From Candidatus Lustribacter sp. (GTDB lineage: Bacteria; Vulcanimicrobiota; Vulcanimicrobiia; Vulcanimicrobiales; Vulcanimicrobiaceae), in assembly GCA_965277805.1 (NCBI GenBank), contig OZ255842.1:5216001-5280000 (forward strand): DNA of 64,000 nucleotides, written 5' to 3'. The position numbers were made by a program, and so were the translations under genes. Below the pieces are notes generated by a model. That model made no database searches, was not told where the DNA came from, and saw only the letters and a list, made by a program, of their open reading frames with translations. Within the stretch, counting starts at the first letter, position 1, and every line of letters begins with the position of its first letter. Positions 45,391-55,115 of the stretch are shown piece by piece.

Positions 45391-45741
45391 GTGATCCGTC
45401 GCGTAGACCGACCGTCGCTTCCGGCCCGCAAACTCGGGCTACGGAAGCGTGCTGCGAGTCTCACGTCGTTCGAAGAGTCGAAGAATCCCGAGCTCGCCTT
45501 GGCCTACTCGAACGGTTTCGTGACCGTCGAGATCTCGCACGACGCGCTCGACCGGTACGTCGAGGAGTACGGCGACGTTCCGTTGCCGCTGCGGACCGAC
45601 CAGGAAAACGGCGACAAGCGCGTGTTCGACGCCAAGCACAACGTGCGGGTGATCTACGACCGGGACGCCCACCTGCGCGAGGTCAACACGCGCAGCCGCG
45701 AAGGCCTCCACGTTCGCATCAACTTCCCCCGCGCCAGCTAG
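45391..45741 (+). CDS. hypothetical protein
   Basis: Strong G/C third-position bias, SD AGGGAG before GTG; no family recognised. Confidence 0.7.
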   Translation: MIRRVDRPSLPARKLGLRKRAASLTSFEESKNPELALAYSNGFVTVEISHDALDRYVEEYGDVPLPLRTDQENGDKRVFDAKHNVRVIYDRDAHLREVNTRSREGLHVRINFPRAS

Positions 45742-45747
45742 TCTTTA

Positions 45748-45756
45748 TGCTATAAT
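45748..45756 (+). promoter_or_regulatory. extended -10 promoter of the decarboxylase gene
   Basis: TG-C-TATAAT, 10 nt before GTG 45767. Confidence 0.65.
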
Positions 45757-45766
45757 CGCCCGCGTT

Positions 45767-47290
45767 GTGATCACGCGGGCCGCCGAGGCGGCAACTCGCT
45801 CCGGACTCGATCATACGCGCGCACCGTACTTCCAAGTCCTCTTGGACTACGTGGATGCGGGCGTCATTCCGTTCCACACCCCGGGCCACAAGCAGGGCAT
45901 CGGGATGGAGCGCGCCTTCCGGGACTTCGTCGGCGACAACGTGCTCGCGATCGATCTCACGCAGATCCGCGGCCTCGACGATCTCTTGCAGCCCGAGGGT
46001 CCGCTCGTCGAGGCCCAAGAGCTCGCGGCCGACGCGTTCGGCGCCGAGCACACGTTCTTCTTGATCAACGGCTCGACCAGCGGCAACCAGTGCATGATGA
46101 TGTCCGCGCTCAACCCGGGCGAGAAGATCGCGATCCCGCGCAACTCGCACAAGAGCGCGATGGGCGGCTTGATCATGAGCGGCGGCTATCCGGTGTGGAT
46201 GAAGCCGGAGGTCGATGAAGAGCTGCACATGGACCACACCGTCACGCCGCAGACGGTGCGCGAAACGCTGCAGGCCCACCCGGACATCAAGGCCGTGTAC
46301 GTCGTCAGCCCGACATACTACGGCGTGGCGGCCGACCTTGCCGGCATCGCCGCGGTCGCGCACGAGTACGACGTTCCGCTGCTCGTCGACGAGGCGTGGG
46401 GACCGCACTTCCACTTTCATCCGGCGCTGCCGGTGTCCGCGATGGAAGCGGGCGCCGACATGTGCATCAACTCGACGCACAAGATGCTCGGCTCGCTTTC
46501 GCAGACGGCGATGCTGCACGTGCAGGGCACGCGCATCAAGCTCGACCGGCTGAAAGCGGTGTACAAACTCTTCCTCTCCACGTCGCCCAACCTCGTGCTG
46601 GTGGCCTCGCTCGACGTCGCGCGGCGCCAGATGGCGCTGGACGGTCCGGCCTTGCTCTCGCGCACGATCGAGATCGCGAACGACGCCCGCCGCCGGCTCA
46701 ACGACATCCCCAACGTCTATTGCTTCGGCGAGGAACTCGAAGGCCGGCCCGGCGTATTCGACCTCGATCCGACGAAGGTGACGATTACCGTCAAACGGCT
46801 CGGCTACACCGGCTACGAAGCCGAAGAAATTTTGCGCCGGCGTTACAATGTGCAGTGCGAACTCGCCGACCTGTTCAACACGCTCGCGCTGTTCACGATC
46901 GGCACCACACCCGATGCCGCCGACGAACTGGTATACGGCGTGCGCGAGCTCTCGCGCGAAGATCGCCCGCTCGACATCTTCTCGCCCTCGGGCGTGCTCG
47001 ACGCGCGCATCAAGCGCGGCACCTACAAACTGCCGCGCATTCCGCCCTTGCGCATTTTACCGCGCGAAGCGTTTCTAGCGCGCACCGAATTCGTGCCGTT
47101 CAAGAAGAGCGCGGGCCGGATCTGCGCCGAGGTGATCACGCCGTATCCGCCCGGGATTCCGGTCATCTCACCGGGCGAAGAAATCACGCGCGAGATCATC
47201 TCGTATTTGGAGCTCGAGAAGAAGGCCGGCGTCCGGATGCAAGGCCCCTACGACGGCGACCTAAAGCAAATCCGCGTCGTCGTCGAGTAG
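45767..47290 (+). CDS. Orn/Lys/Arg decarboxylase (AAT-fold, Bacillus SpeA-like; probably arginine decarboxylase)
   Basis: FHTPGHKQG, LINGSTSG, RNSHKS, LVDEAWG, STHKML (PLP lysine), STSP, PYPPGIP. Confidence 0.9.
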   Translation: MITRAAEAATRSGLDHTRAPYFQVLLDYVDAGVIPFHTPGHKQGIGMERAFRDFVGDNVLAIDLTQIRGLDDLLQPEGPLVEAQELAADAFGAEHTFFLINGSTSGNQCMMMSALNPGEKIAIPRNSHKSAMGGLIMSGGYPVWMKPEVDEELHMDHTVTPQTVRETLQAHPDIKAVYVVSPTYYGVAADLAGIAAVAHEYDVPLLVDEAWGPHFHFHPALPVSAMEAGADMCINSTHKMLGSLSQTAMLHVQGTRIKLDRLKAVYKLFLSTSPNLVLVASLDVARRQMALDGPALLSRTIEIANDARRRLNDIPNVYCFGEELEGRPGVFDLDPTKVTITVKRLGYTGYEAEEILRRRYNVQCELADLFNTLALFTIGTTPDAADELVYGVRELSREDRPLDIFSPSGVLDARIKRGTYKLPRIPPLRILPREAFLARTEFVPFKKSAGRICAEVITPYPPGIPVISPGEEITREIISYLELEKKAGVRMQGPYDGDLKQIRVVVE

Positions 47291-47301
47291 CCCCGCCCCC
47301 G

Positions 47302-47326
47302 TGTCATCCCGAGCTTGTCGAGGGAC
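47302..47326 (+). repeat. 25-bp REP-like repeat, copy 1
   Basis: TGTCATCCCGAGCTTGTCGAGGGAC; overlaps the zwf 3' end. Confidence 0.85.
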
Positions 47327-48767
47327 CACCACCCAACGGTAACCACTGCCGCCCGGTGCTCGCGAGCAACGCGGTCGCCGCATCCGGGCCCGCGCCACCC
47401 GGCGCGTACTGCGGTAGCGCATCGTGCGAATTGCCCCACGCTTCCAGCACCGGCGCAACAGCCGACCAGCTCGCGTCGACCATGTCTTCGCGCTGGAACA
47501 GCAGCTGGTTGCCGTTCATCAAGTGATACAGCAGCGTTTCGTAACCGACGGCCGGCGGTTCTTCGAAGAAGTCTTTGTAGTTGAAGGACGTCCGTGCCTC
47601 ACCGGTTTCCAAGACCGGGCCTGGTTTTTTCGCTTGGAACGTGGCGCTGAAACCCTGATCGGGCGCGATGCCCAGCGTGAACACGTTGCCGGCTTTGAAC
47701 AGGATCGCGATCGTGGTGACATGACGCGCGAGCCGTTTGCCCGTGCGCACGTAGAACGGCACGCCGTTCCAGCGATGATTGTCGATTTGTACGGCGAGCG
47801 CAGCGAACGTTTCGGTGTGCGAATCGCGCGCGACGTTTTCCTCATCGCGATACGCGCGCACCGCTTTGCCGTCCATCGTCCCGGCCGCGTACTGACCGCG
47901 CGCGGCGTCCTCCGGCGCGATCGGGCGGATCGCTTTTAGAAGTTCGACCTTTGCATCGCGCACGTCTTCCGCATCGAACGAACGCGGCGCTTCCATCGCG
48001 GTCATCGTGAGCAAGCTGAAGAGATGGTTGGGGACCATGTCGCGCAGCGCGCCGGTCGCTTCGTAGAACTTGCCGCGGTCTTCGACGCCGAGCGTTTCGG
48101 CGGCCGTGATCTGAACCGAGTCGATGTGCTCGCGCGACCACATCGGCTCGAAGATGCCGTTCTTGAAGCGCAGCGGCATGATGCCTTGCACGGGCTCTTT
48201 GCCGAGGAAGTGATCGACGCGGTAGATCTGCGGTTCCGACGCAACCTTCAACAAGCGGCCGTTGAGCGCGCGCGCCGACGGCAAGTCGGAGCCGAACGGT
48301 TTTTCGACCGCCAACCGGCGGAACGCCCCGTCCGTTTCTTTGAGCAACCCGGCTCGGCCCAGGCCCTCCGCGATCGTCGCGAAGAAGCGCGGTGAAACGG
48401 CGAGATAGAAGATCGCGTTGCCGCTGATGCGATCCTTAAGCTTGTCGTAACCATCGCTCTGCTCGAAGTCGAACACGGTGTATTCGAGCCGTTGCGTTAC
48501 CCAGCCCCAGGTGGCCTCATCGATGTGGTCGGGGTGGAACTCGGCGCCCGCGGCCTTGGTGAAGCTTTGCAGCGCATCGTTGAGTTCGCCGCTCCAGCTC
48601 GCGACCGTGCGATCGTTGTGGTCGAGCCCGATGATCTTCGTGCCGTCGTCGAGCATTTTGCTGCCGGCGAGGTTGTAGATCGCCGGCATCAACAGGCGTT
48701 TGGTCAGATCGCCGACCGCGCCGAAAATACAGATCGTGCACGGCGGCGCGGGCTTGGGAGTACTCAC
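47304..48767 (-). CDS. zwf: glucose-6-phosphate 1-dehydrogenase
   Basis: IFGAVGDLTKR, EKPFG, YRVDHFLGKE, GALRDMVPNHL, RWNGVPFYVRTGKRL; GTG 48767 preferred. Confidence 0.93.
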   Translation of the reverse strand: MSTPKPAPPCTICIFGAVGDLTKRLLMPAIYNLAGSKMLDDGTKIIGLDHNDRTVASWSGELNDALQSFTKAAGAEFHPDHIDEATWGWVTQRLEYTVFDFEQSDGYDKLKDRISGNAIFYLAVSPRFFATIAEGLGRAGLLKETDGAFRRLAVEKPFGSDLPSARALNGRLLKVASEPQIYRVDHFLGKEPVQGIMPLRFKNGIFEPMWSREHIDSVQITAAETLGVEDRGKFYEATGALRDMVPNHLFSLLTMTAMEAPRSFDAEDVRDAKVELLKAIRPIAPEDAARGQYAAGTMDGKAVRAYRDEENVARDSHTETFAALAVQIDNHRWNGVPFYVRTGKRLARHVTTIAILFKAGNVFTLGIAPDQGFSATFQAKKPGPVLETGEARTSFNYKDFFEEPPAVGYETLLYHLMNGNQLLFQREDMVDASWSAVAPVLEAWGNSHDALPQYAPGGAGPDAATALLASTGRQWLPLGGGPSTSSG

Positions 48768-48835
48768 TCCCCGTTCTTTCACCCAAACCCCCGGGGCCAA
48801 ACGGAAAACGCCGTGCAGCCGTTCAAGCAATCGGG

Positions 48836-49621
48836 ATGGCTACTCAGACGTTGATTTTCGAGCGGCACGGCGCCGAGGCACTGCACGCCGATGTCTATCT
48901 GCCGGAGCAGGCTGCGCCGGCACCGGTCGTGATCGCGATTCACGGCGGCGGCTGGAAAGGGGGCGTCCGCAAGGCCTACCAGTATCTGGGGCCGTTGCTC
49001 GCGGGCCGCGGATACGCGCTGCTGGCGATCGATTATCGCCTCGTGCACCGCGAGCAGAACCGCTATCCGGCGGCGCTCGATGACGTGCGCAGCGCGATGC
49101 GTTACGTGCGCGAACACGCGGGCGAACTCAACGTCGATCCGGCCCGCATGGTGCTGCTCGGCGATTCCGCCGGCGGCCATCTCGCGGCGCTGGCCGGCCT
49201 CACGGAACGGCCGCAGCCTAAGGCCGTCGTCGGCGTTTTCGGCGTGTACGATCTCGTCGCGCAGTGGCAGCACGACCTGGTTTCGCGCCCGCACGACAAC
49301 ATCAGCAGCGCGTTTCTCGGCGTCTCGCCGGCCGATAACCGCCAACTGTATTTCGACGCCTCACCGATCAGTCACGTCATCACGGCGAACAACGGTCCGG
49401 CGTTCTTGCTCGCGTGGGGCACGCACGACGACATCGTCGATCCCACGCAGTCCGAAGCGTTTCTGCTGGCCCTCAAACAGGCCGGCTATTACGCGCGCAC
49501 GGTCGTACAACACGCCGGCCACTACTGGATCGGCGACCCGCTCGACGAGCCCGGCAGTCACGCCGGCCATTTCGCGGCGCGTCTGCTGCGCTTTTTGGAC
49601 GACCGTCTCGGTGTGGCTTAG
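48836..49621 (+). CDS. alpha/beta hydrolase (HSL-type esterase)
   Basis: HGGGW oxyanion motif, GDSAGG nucleophile, GTHDDIV, HAGH. Confidence 0.88.
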   Translation: MATQTLIFERHGAEALHADVYLPEQAAPAPVVIAIHGGGWKGGVRKAYQYLGPLLAGRGYALLAIDYRLVHREQNRYPAALDDVRSAMRYVREHAGELNVDPARMVLLGDSAGGHLAALAGLTERPQPKAVVGVFGVYDLVAQWQHDLVSRPHDNISSAFLGVSPADNRQLYFDASPISHVITANNGPAFLLAWGTHDDIVDPTQSEAFLLALKQAGYYARTVVQHAGHYWIGDPLDEPGSHAGHFAARLLRFLDDRLGVA

Positions 49622-50526
49622 CGCCCTTTGAGCGCGAGCAGTTCGCGCGTCTGATCCGGCGTCGCGACCTCGAGCGACAGCAGCTCGAGGATGCCGCGGA
49701 TGCGCCGCACCTGCGCCGCGTTCGTTTCGGCCAACGTGCCCTTGCCGTCCCAGAGCGAATCCTCGAGACCGACGCGTACGTTGCCGCCCATCGCGGCGGC
49801 GCGCGTGGCGACGGGAATCTGGTGGCGGCCCGCGCCTAACACCGACCACACGTAATCGCCGCCGAACAGACGGTCGGCCGTGCGCCGCATGTGCGCGACG
49901 TCTTCGGGATGCGCACCGATGCCGCCGCGGATGCCGAACACCGACTGGATGAACAACGGCGGTTTGATCAGGCCGCGTTCGAGAAAGTGCGCGGCCGTGT
50001 AGAGGTGACCGATGTCGTAGCACTCCATCTCGAAGCGCGTGCCGTTGGCGCCGCACGATTCGAGAATGTAGCGAATGTCGCGAAACGTGTTGCGGAAAAC
50101 CGCGTCCTCGCTGCCTGCCAGATACGCCCGCTCCCATTCGTGCGCAAACGTTTTGTAGCGATCGAGCATTTCGTAGAGGCCGAAGTTCATCGAGCCCATG
50201 TTGAGCGACGCGATCTCGGGCTTGAACAGCAGCGCCGGCTGCAAGCGTTCCTCGACCGTCATCGTCATCGCGCCGCCGGTGGTGATGTTGATGACGACGT
50301 TGGAACGGGCCGCGATCTCGGGTAAGAATTGTTCGAAGAGTGCGGGGTCTTGCGATGGCCGGCCGTCGGCCGGCGAGCGGGCGTGCAGGTGAACGATCGA
50401 TGCGCCGGCCTCGGCCGCGCCGACGGCAGCTTCGGCAATCTGCGCCGGCGTGATCGGCAAGTAGGGCGACATCGACGGCGTGTGGATCGAACCCGTCACG
50501 GCGCAAGTGACGATAACGTTGCTCAC
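49618..50526 (-). CDS. beta-keto acid cleavage enzyme (BKACE / DUF849, Kce-like)
   Basis: IVTCAVTG, LPITP, GASIVHLHAR, SLNMGSMNF, VRVGLED. Confidence 0.9.
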   Translation of the reverse strand: MSNVIVTCAVTGSIHTPSMSPYLPITPAQIAEAAVGAAEAGASIVHLHARSPADGRPSQDPALFEQFLPEIAARSNVVINITTGGAMTMTVEERLQPALLFKPEIASLNMGSMNFGLYEMLDRYKTFAHEWERAYLAGSEDAVFRNTFRDIRYILESCGANGTRFEMECYDIGHLYTAAHFLERGLIKPPLFIQSVFGIRGGIGAHPEDVAHMRRTADRLFGGDYVWSVLGAGRHQIPVATRAAAMGGNVRVGLEDSLWDGKGTLAETNAAQVRRIRGILELLSLEVATPDQTRELLALKGR

Positions 50527-50580
50527 CGGGCGGGCTTCTCTGCCGAGGTAGGTCCGGCCCGGCGGCGGAAATCGGTGCGC

Positions 50581-51579
50581 ATGAAAACGGTAGCGCTCGG
50601 CAAGCAAGGGTTGAAGGTCTCGGCGATGGGCCTGGGCTGCATGATGATCGCGGGCCACTACGGCCCCTCGGATGCCGACGAATCGCAGCGCGTCATCGAC
50701 GCGGCCCTCGACGGCGGGATCACGCTCTTCGATACCGCCGACGTCTACGGCGGTTCGCAGAACGAAGTGTTCGTCGGCAAGGCACTGGCCAAGGTGCGCG
50801 AGCGCGTCCAGATCGCGACCAAATTCGGGTTCACCCGGCCCGGCGGCGGCGGCAAAGGCCCCGGCGGCGGCGCGAGCGGCGCCATGGGCGTCGACGGCTC
50901 ACCCAAGCACGTCCACGAAGCGTGCGATGCATCGCTCGGACGCCTAGGCATCGAGACAATCGACCTGTACTACCTGCACCGGGTCGATCCGAAAGTGCCG
51001 ATCGAAGAGACGGTCGGCGCCATGGCAGACCTCGTGAAGGCCGGCAAAGTGCGCTACCTCGGACTCTCCGAAGTCGCCGAAGCGACGCTGCGCCGCGCGC
51101 ACAAGATCCATCCGATCACGGCCGTACAGAACGAATATTCACCGTGGTCGCGCGAGCCGGAAAAATTGTTCGGCACGCTGGACGAACTCGGTGTCGGTTT
51201 GGTCGCATACAGCCCACTGGGCCGCGGCTTCTTCACCGGCACGATCAATTCGTATGAAGAGATCGCCGATAACGATAATCGTAAGGGCTATCCGCGCTAC
51301 AAAGCTTTCGAAGAGAATCGTCCGATCATCGACGGCTTCAAGGCGATCGCCGAACGGCGCGGCTGCTCGCCGGCGCAGCTCGCGCTGGCTTTCGTCATGA
51401 CGAAACGGCCGGGAACGGTGCCGATTCCGGGCACGAAACACGTGAAGCACATGCTCGATAATCTGGCTGCGGCCGATATCGTACTCTCGCCGGCCGAGGT
51501 TGCCGAGATCGACAACATCGTTGCGAGCGTACCGGTGGTCGGCGAGCGATATGCGGATACGACGCTGCTCCAGGCTTAA
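50581..51579 (+). CDS. aldo/keto reductase
   Basis: MGLGCM, DTADVYG, ATKFG, IDLYYLHR, YLGLSE, YSPLGRG, PIPGTK. Confidence 0.9.
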   Translation: MKTVALGKQGLKVSAMGLGCMMIAGHYGPSDADESQRVIDAALDGGITLFDTADVYGGSQNEVFVGKALAKVRERVQIATKFGFTRPGGGGKGPGGGASGAMGVDGSPKHVHEACDASLGRLGIETIDLYYLHRVDPKVPIEETVGAMADLVKAGKVRYLGLSEVAEATLRRAHKIHPITAVQNEYSPWSREPEKLFGTLDELGVGLVAYSPLGRGFFTGTINSYEEIADNDNRKGYPRYKAFEENRPIIDGFKAIAERRGCSPAQLALAFVMTKRPGTVPIPGTKHVKHMLDNLAAADIVLSPAEVAEIDNIVASVPVVGERYADTTLLQA

Positions 51580-51665
51580 AGGTGCGTGACACGGAGCCAC
51601 GGAAGGCAGTCACGTCGCATGCCTATGCGCGGCTTGCGAACTCTGTAGACAATTGAGGATGGAAG

Positions 51666-53246
51666 TTGGCTGTTAACGCCGAGTCCTTCGAGCCCAATTG
51701 GGAGCTCACACAGCTCCTCGATATCTTCCCCCTCCCCATCCGCCAAGCGCTGATACGCCTCCCCAACGTCGACCGCGTCATCGAAGTCGTACTCGACTTA
51801 GGTCGCAGGCCGGAAGCGCGCTTTGAAGACGATTTTGTCTTCCTCACCGATAATCCGGTGACGCACGAAGACATGGCGGCGGTCGTCTCGCATCTCTCGC
51901 CGTTCGGCGGCGACAATCGTGCGGGCATCGAACAAACGTTGCATCGCATCAGCGCGATTCGCAATCGTTCGGGAAAGATCGTCGGCCTCACGTGCCGCGT
52001 CGGACGCGCCGTGTACGGCACCATCGACATCATCCTCGATGTGATACGCAGCGGAAAATCGATTTGTTTGCTCGGACGTCCGGGCGTCGGTAAGACGACG
52101 ATGCTGCGCGAATGCGCGCGCGTGTTGAGCGAAGATCGCAAACGCGTCGTGATCGTCGATACGTCGAACGAAATCGCCGGTGACGGCGACGTTCCGCATC
52201 CGGGTATCGGACACGCGCGGCGCATGCCGGTAACGATTCCCTCGCAACAGCACAACGTAATGATCGAAGCGGTCGAGAACCACATGCCGCAAGTGATCGT
52301 CATCGACGAGATCGGTACCGAAGCCGAAGCGATGGCGGCGCGCACGATCGCCGAGCGCGGCGTGCAACTGATCGGCACGGCGCACGGGCAAACGCTCGAG
52401 AACCTATTGATGAACCCGACGCTGGCCGATCTCATGGGCGGCATCAGCGCGGTCACGCTCTCCGATGAAGAAGCGCGCCGCCGCGGCACGCGCAAGACCG
52501 TTCTCGAACGCAAGGCGCCGCCGACGTTCGACGTGTTGATCGAAATCCAAGACCGCGATCGTCTCGCCATCCACCAGAACGTCGGCGAAGTCGTCGACGC
52601 GCTGTTGCGCGGTTACACGCCGCAGCCCGAAGTGCGTCAGCGCACGGCGAGCGGCGGAATCGACATCGTGCAGGAAGCCGATCCCGCGGCCATCGCCGTC
52701 GTCGACCTGCAATCGCAGCCGCGCACGCAGCAGCGCGAAGACGAGATGCTTTTCGGCGTCAACGGCGAGGCCGTTGCCGATACCGACAAGCCGCTGATGA
52801 TCTTTCCCTACGGTGTTTCGCGCAACAAGATCGAGCGCGCGATTGCGAACCTGCGCGTCAATGCATCGATCGCCCGCAAATGGGACGATGCCGACGTGGT
52901 CGTCACGCTGAAGACGCTCGAGCGCAAAGAGTCCGAACGGCTCAAAGCGATCGCCGCCGAGAACGTGCCGATCTACTCGATTAAAACGAACACCACGACG
53001 CAGATTCAGTCGGCTCTGAAAGACGTCTTCAACCTGCCCGCGCTCGATGTCGAAGAGATCGCGATGCGCGAGGCCGAGGAAGCCATCTTCCAAGTGCTGC
53101 TGGACAGCCGTGCCGTCGAGCTATCGCCGCAGACGTCGTACGTACGCCGTCAGCAGCACCAGCTCGCCGAACGCCATCGCTTGCAGTCGCGCAGCACCGG
53201 CCTCGAACCCAACCGGCGCGTGCGCATCTACAAATCCGAGGGCTAA
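51666..53246 (+). CDS. SpoIIIAA/Ycf45-like AAA ATPase with C-terminal R3H domain
   Basis: LDLGRRPEARF, GLTCRVGRA, GRPGVGKT, DTSNEIAGDG, IDEIG, GTAHG; R3H motif RRQQH. Confidence 0.88.
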   Translation: MAVNAESFEPNWELTQLLDIFPLPIRQALIRLPNVDRVIEVVLDLGRRPEARFEDDFVFLTDNPVTHEDMAAVVSHLSPFGGDNRAGIEQTLHRISAIRNRSGKIVGLTCRVGRAVYGTIDIILDVIRSGKSICLLGRPGVGKTTMLRECARVLSEDRKRVVIVDTSNEIAGDGDVPHPGIGHARRMPVTIPSQQHNVMIEAVENHMPQVIVIDEIGTEAEAMAARTIAERGVQLIGTAHGQTLENLLMNPTLADLMGGISAVTLSDEEARRRGTRKTVLERKAPPTFDVLIEIQDRDRLAIHQNVGEVVDALLRGYTPQPEVRQRTASGGIDIVQEADPAAIAVVDLQSQPRTQQREDEMLFGVNGEAVADTDKPLMIFPYGVSRNKIERAIANLRVNASIARKWDDADVVVTLKTLERKESERLKAIAAENVPIYSIKTNTTTQIQSALKDVFNLPALDVEEIAMREAEEAIFQVLLDSRAVELSPQTSYVRRQQHQLAERHRLQSRSTGLEPNRRVRIYKSEG

Positions 53247-53256
53247 AGTTGTAGCT

Positions 53257-53281
53257 GTCCCTCGACAAGCTCGGGATGACA
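53257..53281 (-). repeat. 25-bp REP-like repeat, copy 2 (exact reverse complement of copy 1)
   Basis: GTCCCTCGACAAGCTCGGGATGACA, between convergent stop codons. Confidence 0.85.
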
Positions 53282-53282
53282 G

Positions 53283-55115
53283 TTACGGCCCGACGGTCAT
53301 CCCTAACGGGCCGACGGCACCCTGCGCGGTGTTCGTGATCGTTCGCACCGGAGCGGCGTTGCTCGCCGACGACCCGCTGACACTTGCTCGGCTAAAGATG
53401 CTGATGAGGTTCGTGTAGTTGTTGACGACGTAGGCCTCGCCTTCGGGGTCGAGCGTGATGTCGGAAACGGCGTGGTTGATGAACGGCGTGCCCGTCAACG
53501 TCGCGCCCGGCGCGCAGTTGATGCACGGCAGCGACGATCCCGGCCAGATCGCGAGCTCCGCCACGGTATCGGGCGCGCCGGGCCCCGAGCTGAGATAGAA
53601 GAACGGCGCATACAGCGCCCCGGTATCGTCAACGAACATGCTGATCGCGTTCAAGGTCGTCGGCCACGCGCCGCTGCTCGCCGTTATCGAATGACTGCCG
53701 CCGACGTAGTGAAAAGCGCCCGTCGTTGCGAGCGGCGCCGTCACGATGTCGATGGTGTTGAGGCTATCGTCTCCGATGTATAAATCGCCGCTCGCATCGA
53801 ACGCCAGCGCGGTTTGGGTCGAGAGGTCGTCGTCTTGGAACGCGGTCGAAAATTGGCTCGATGCGATGCCGTTCGCCGAAATCGGGAATACGTTGATTTG
53901 CGTCGCGCAGGAGACGAACAGATAGTTCCCGGTGGGATCGAATACCATATCGGTGCAGCCGTAGACGGCTCCGAGCGATGTTCCGAGGTGCGTGATCTGG
54001 CGTAGCGGCGGCGGGCTGATCGAGCCGGTTGCGGTCGTCGGTCCGTACACCAAGATCGTTGGATCGAAACTCGATGGCCCGCCTGGAATGCCGTTGTCGA
54101 GCACGTAGAGGTTGCCGAGGGCATCGACGAGCGGCTTCGCGGGGGTTTCGAGCAATGACGCGCCGCCGATATAGGTGCGCAACGGCGCGCCGGCGCCGCT
54201 ATAGCCGTAGGGGTAGACGCTCACGTTTCCGCCGCCGGTGGGCAGGGAACCGGTTCCGATCACGTCGTTGCTATTGGCGACGTACAAGTATGAGCGCCGG
54301 ATCGGGAACGTCACTTGCGACATTTGGCCGCCGGCCGTTGCGGTAATGATCGCCTGATTCGTAATGGACGCGGCGAACGGGGCTCCGTTGTAGCTGACCG
54401 TTTCGGTTTGTCCGGGCGCGGTGATCTGCGGCGGTGATGCGGTAATTGATGGATCGTTCGTGGTGAAATTTATCGGTACGGCGTATGGAGCGCTGCCGGT
54501 AATCGGCGCACCCGACGGGTCCTCGACGGCGATTGTCACCGAGCCGCCCCCGGAACAGCCTTCAACGATGATGTTCTGGTTCCCATAAAGCGGCTGGGCC
54601 GGACAGTTCATGTTGCCGCTGCTCCCAACGAGGCTGATGAGCAACGTGCCGATCGACGCGTTCAGCGCGACCGTGAAGTTGAACGGTGCGCCTGCAGCGA
54701 TCGTCTGCGTCGAAAACGCGGAGGCGAGTTGCGAACCCGTGCCGTTGGGGCCCGAGAAAATCAGAAAGGCAAACGTATCGCTGCCCGCGGGCGCGGCAAA
54801 TGAGAGCGTGCAGTTGCGCAAACCGGAGCTCGTCGTGCAGAGACTCGAGGACGTGCTCACGTCGAAGTCCGTGTCGATGCCGCCGTTGATGCTGAGTTCT
54901 ACCGACGATGCGCCCGGCGAAACGAACTGCGGATAACGCACGGTGCGGGAAAGCGACTGCGTCGTCGTCGCGACCGGAATCGAGATTACGACGCTGGCCG
55001 TGACTTTGGACTGCGACTTCGTTTGCGAGCCGGGAACGGCGCTCGTTCCGCCGCCGCCACCTCCGCAGCCGGCGAGTAAGACCAGGGCCAGCGCGAGCGC
55101 TGCTGACTTGTTCAA
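53283..55115 (-). CDS. secreted Ser/Thr/Gly-rich lipoprotein with NHL/beta-propeller-like repeats
   Basis: Lipobox LAGC-GGGGG; repeats VDALGNLYV, FDPTGNYLF, FDASGDLYI, VDDTGALYA, LDPEGEAYV. Confidence 0.75.
   Translation of the reverse strand: MNKSAALALALVLLAGCGGGGGGTSAVPGSQTKSQSKVTASVVISIPVATTTQSLSRTVRYPQFVSPGASSVELSINGGIDTDFDVSTSSSLCTTSSGLRNCTLSFAAPAGSDTFAFLIFSGPNGTGSQLASAFSTQTIAAGAPFNFTVALNASIGTLLISLVGSSGNMNCPAQPLYGNQNIIVEGCSGGGSVTIAVEDPSGAPITGSAPYAVPINFTTNDPSITASPPQITAPGQTETVSYNGAPFAASITNQAIITATAGGQMSQVTFPIRRSYLYVANSNDVIGTGSLPTGGGNVSVYPYGYSGAGAPLRTYIGGASLLETPAKPLVDALGNLYVLDNGIPGGPSSFDPTILVYGPTTATGSISPPPLRQITHLGTSLGAVYGCTDMVFDPTGNYLFVSCATQINVFPISANGIASSQFSTAFQDDDLSTQTALAFDASGDLYIGDDSLNTIDIVTAPLATTGAFHYVGGSHSITASSGAWPTTLNAISMFVDDTGALYAPFFYLSSGPGAPDTVAELAIWPGSSLPCINCAPGATLTGTPFINHAVSDITLDPEGEAYVVNNYTNLISIFSRASVSGSSASNAAPVRTITNTAQGAVGPLGMTVGP

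Noticed and set aside
44998-45464. Minus-strand ORFs 44998-45297 and 45198-45464
   Set aside because: Poor composition; the plus-strand frame 45001-45378 has better codon bias, an SD, and fits the operon.
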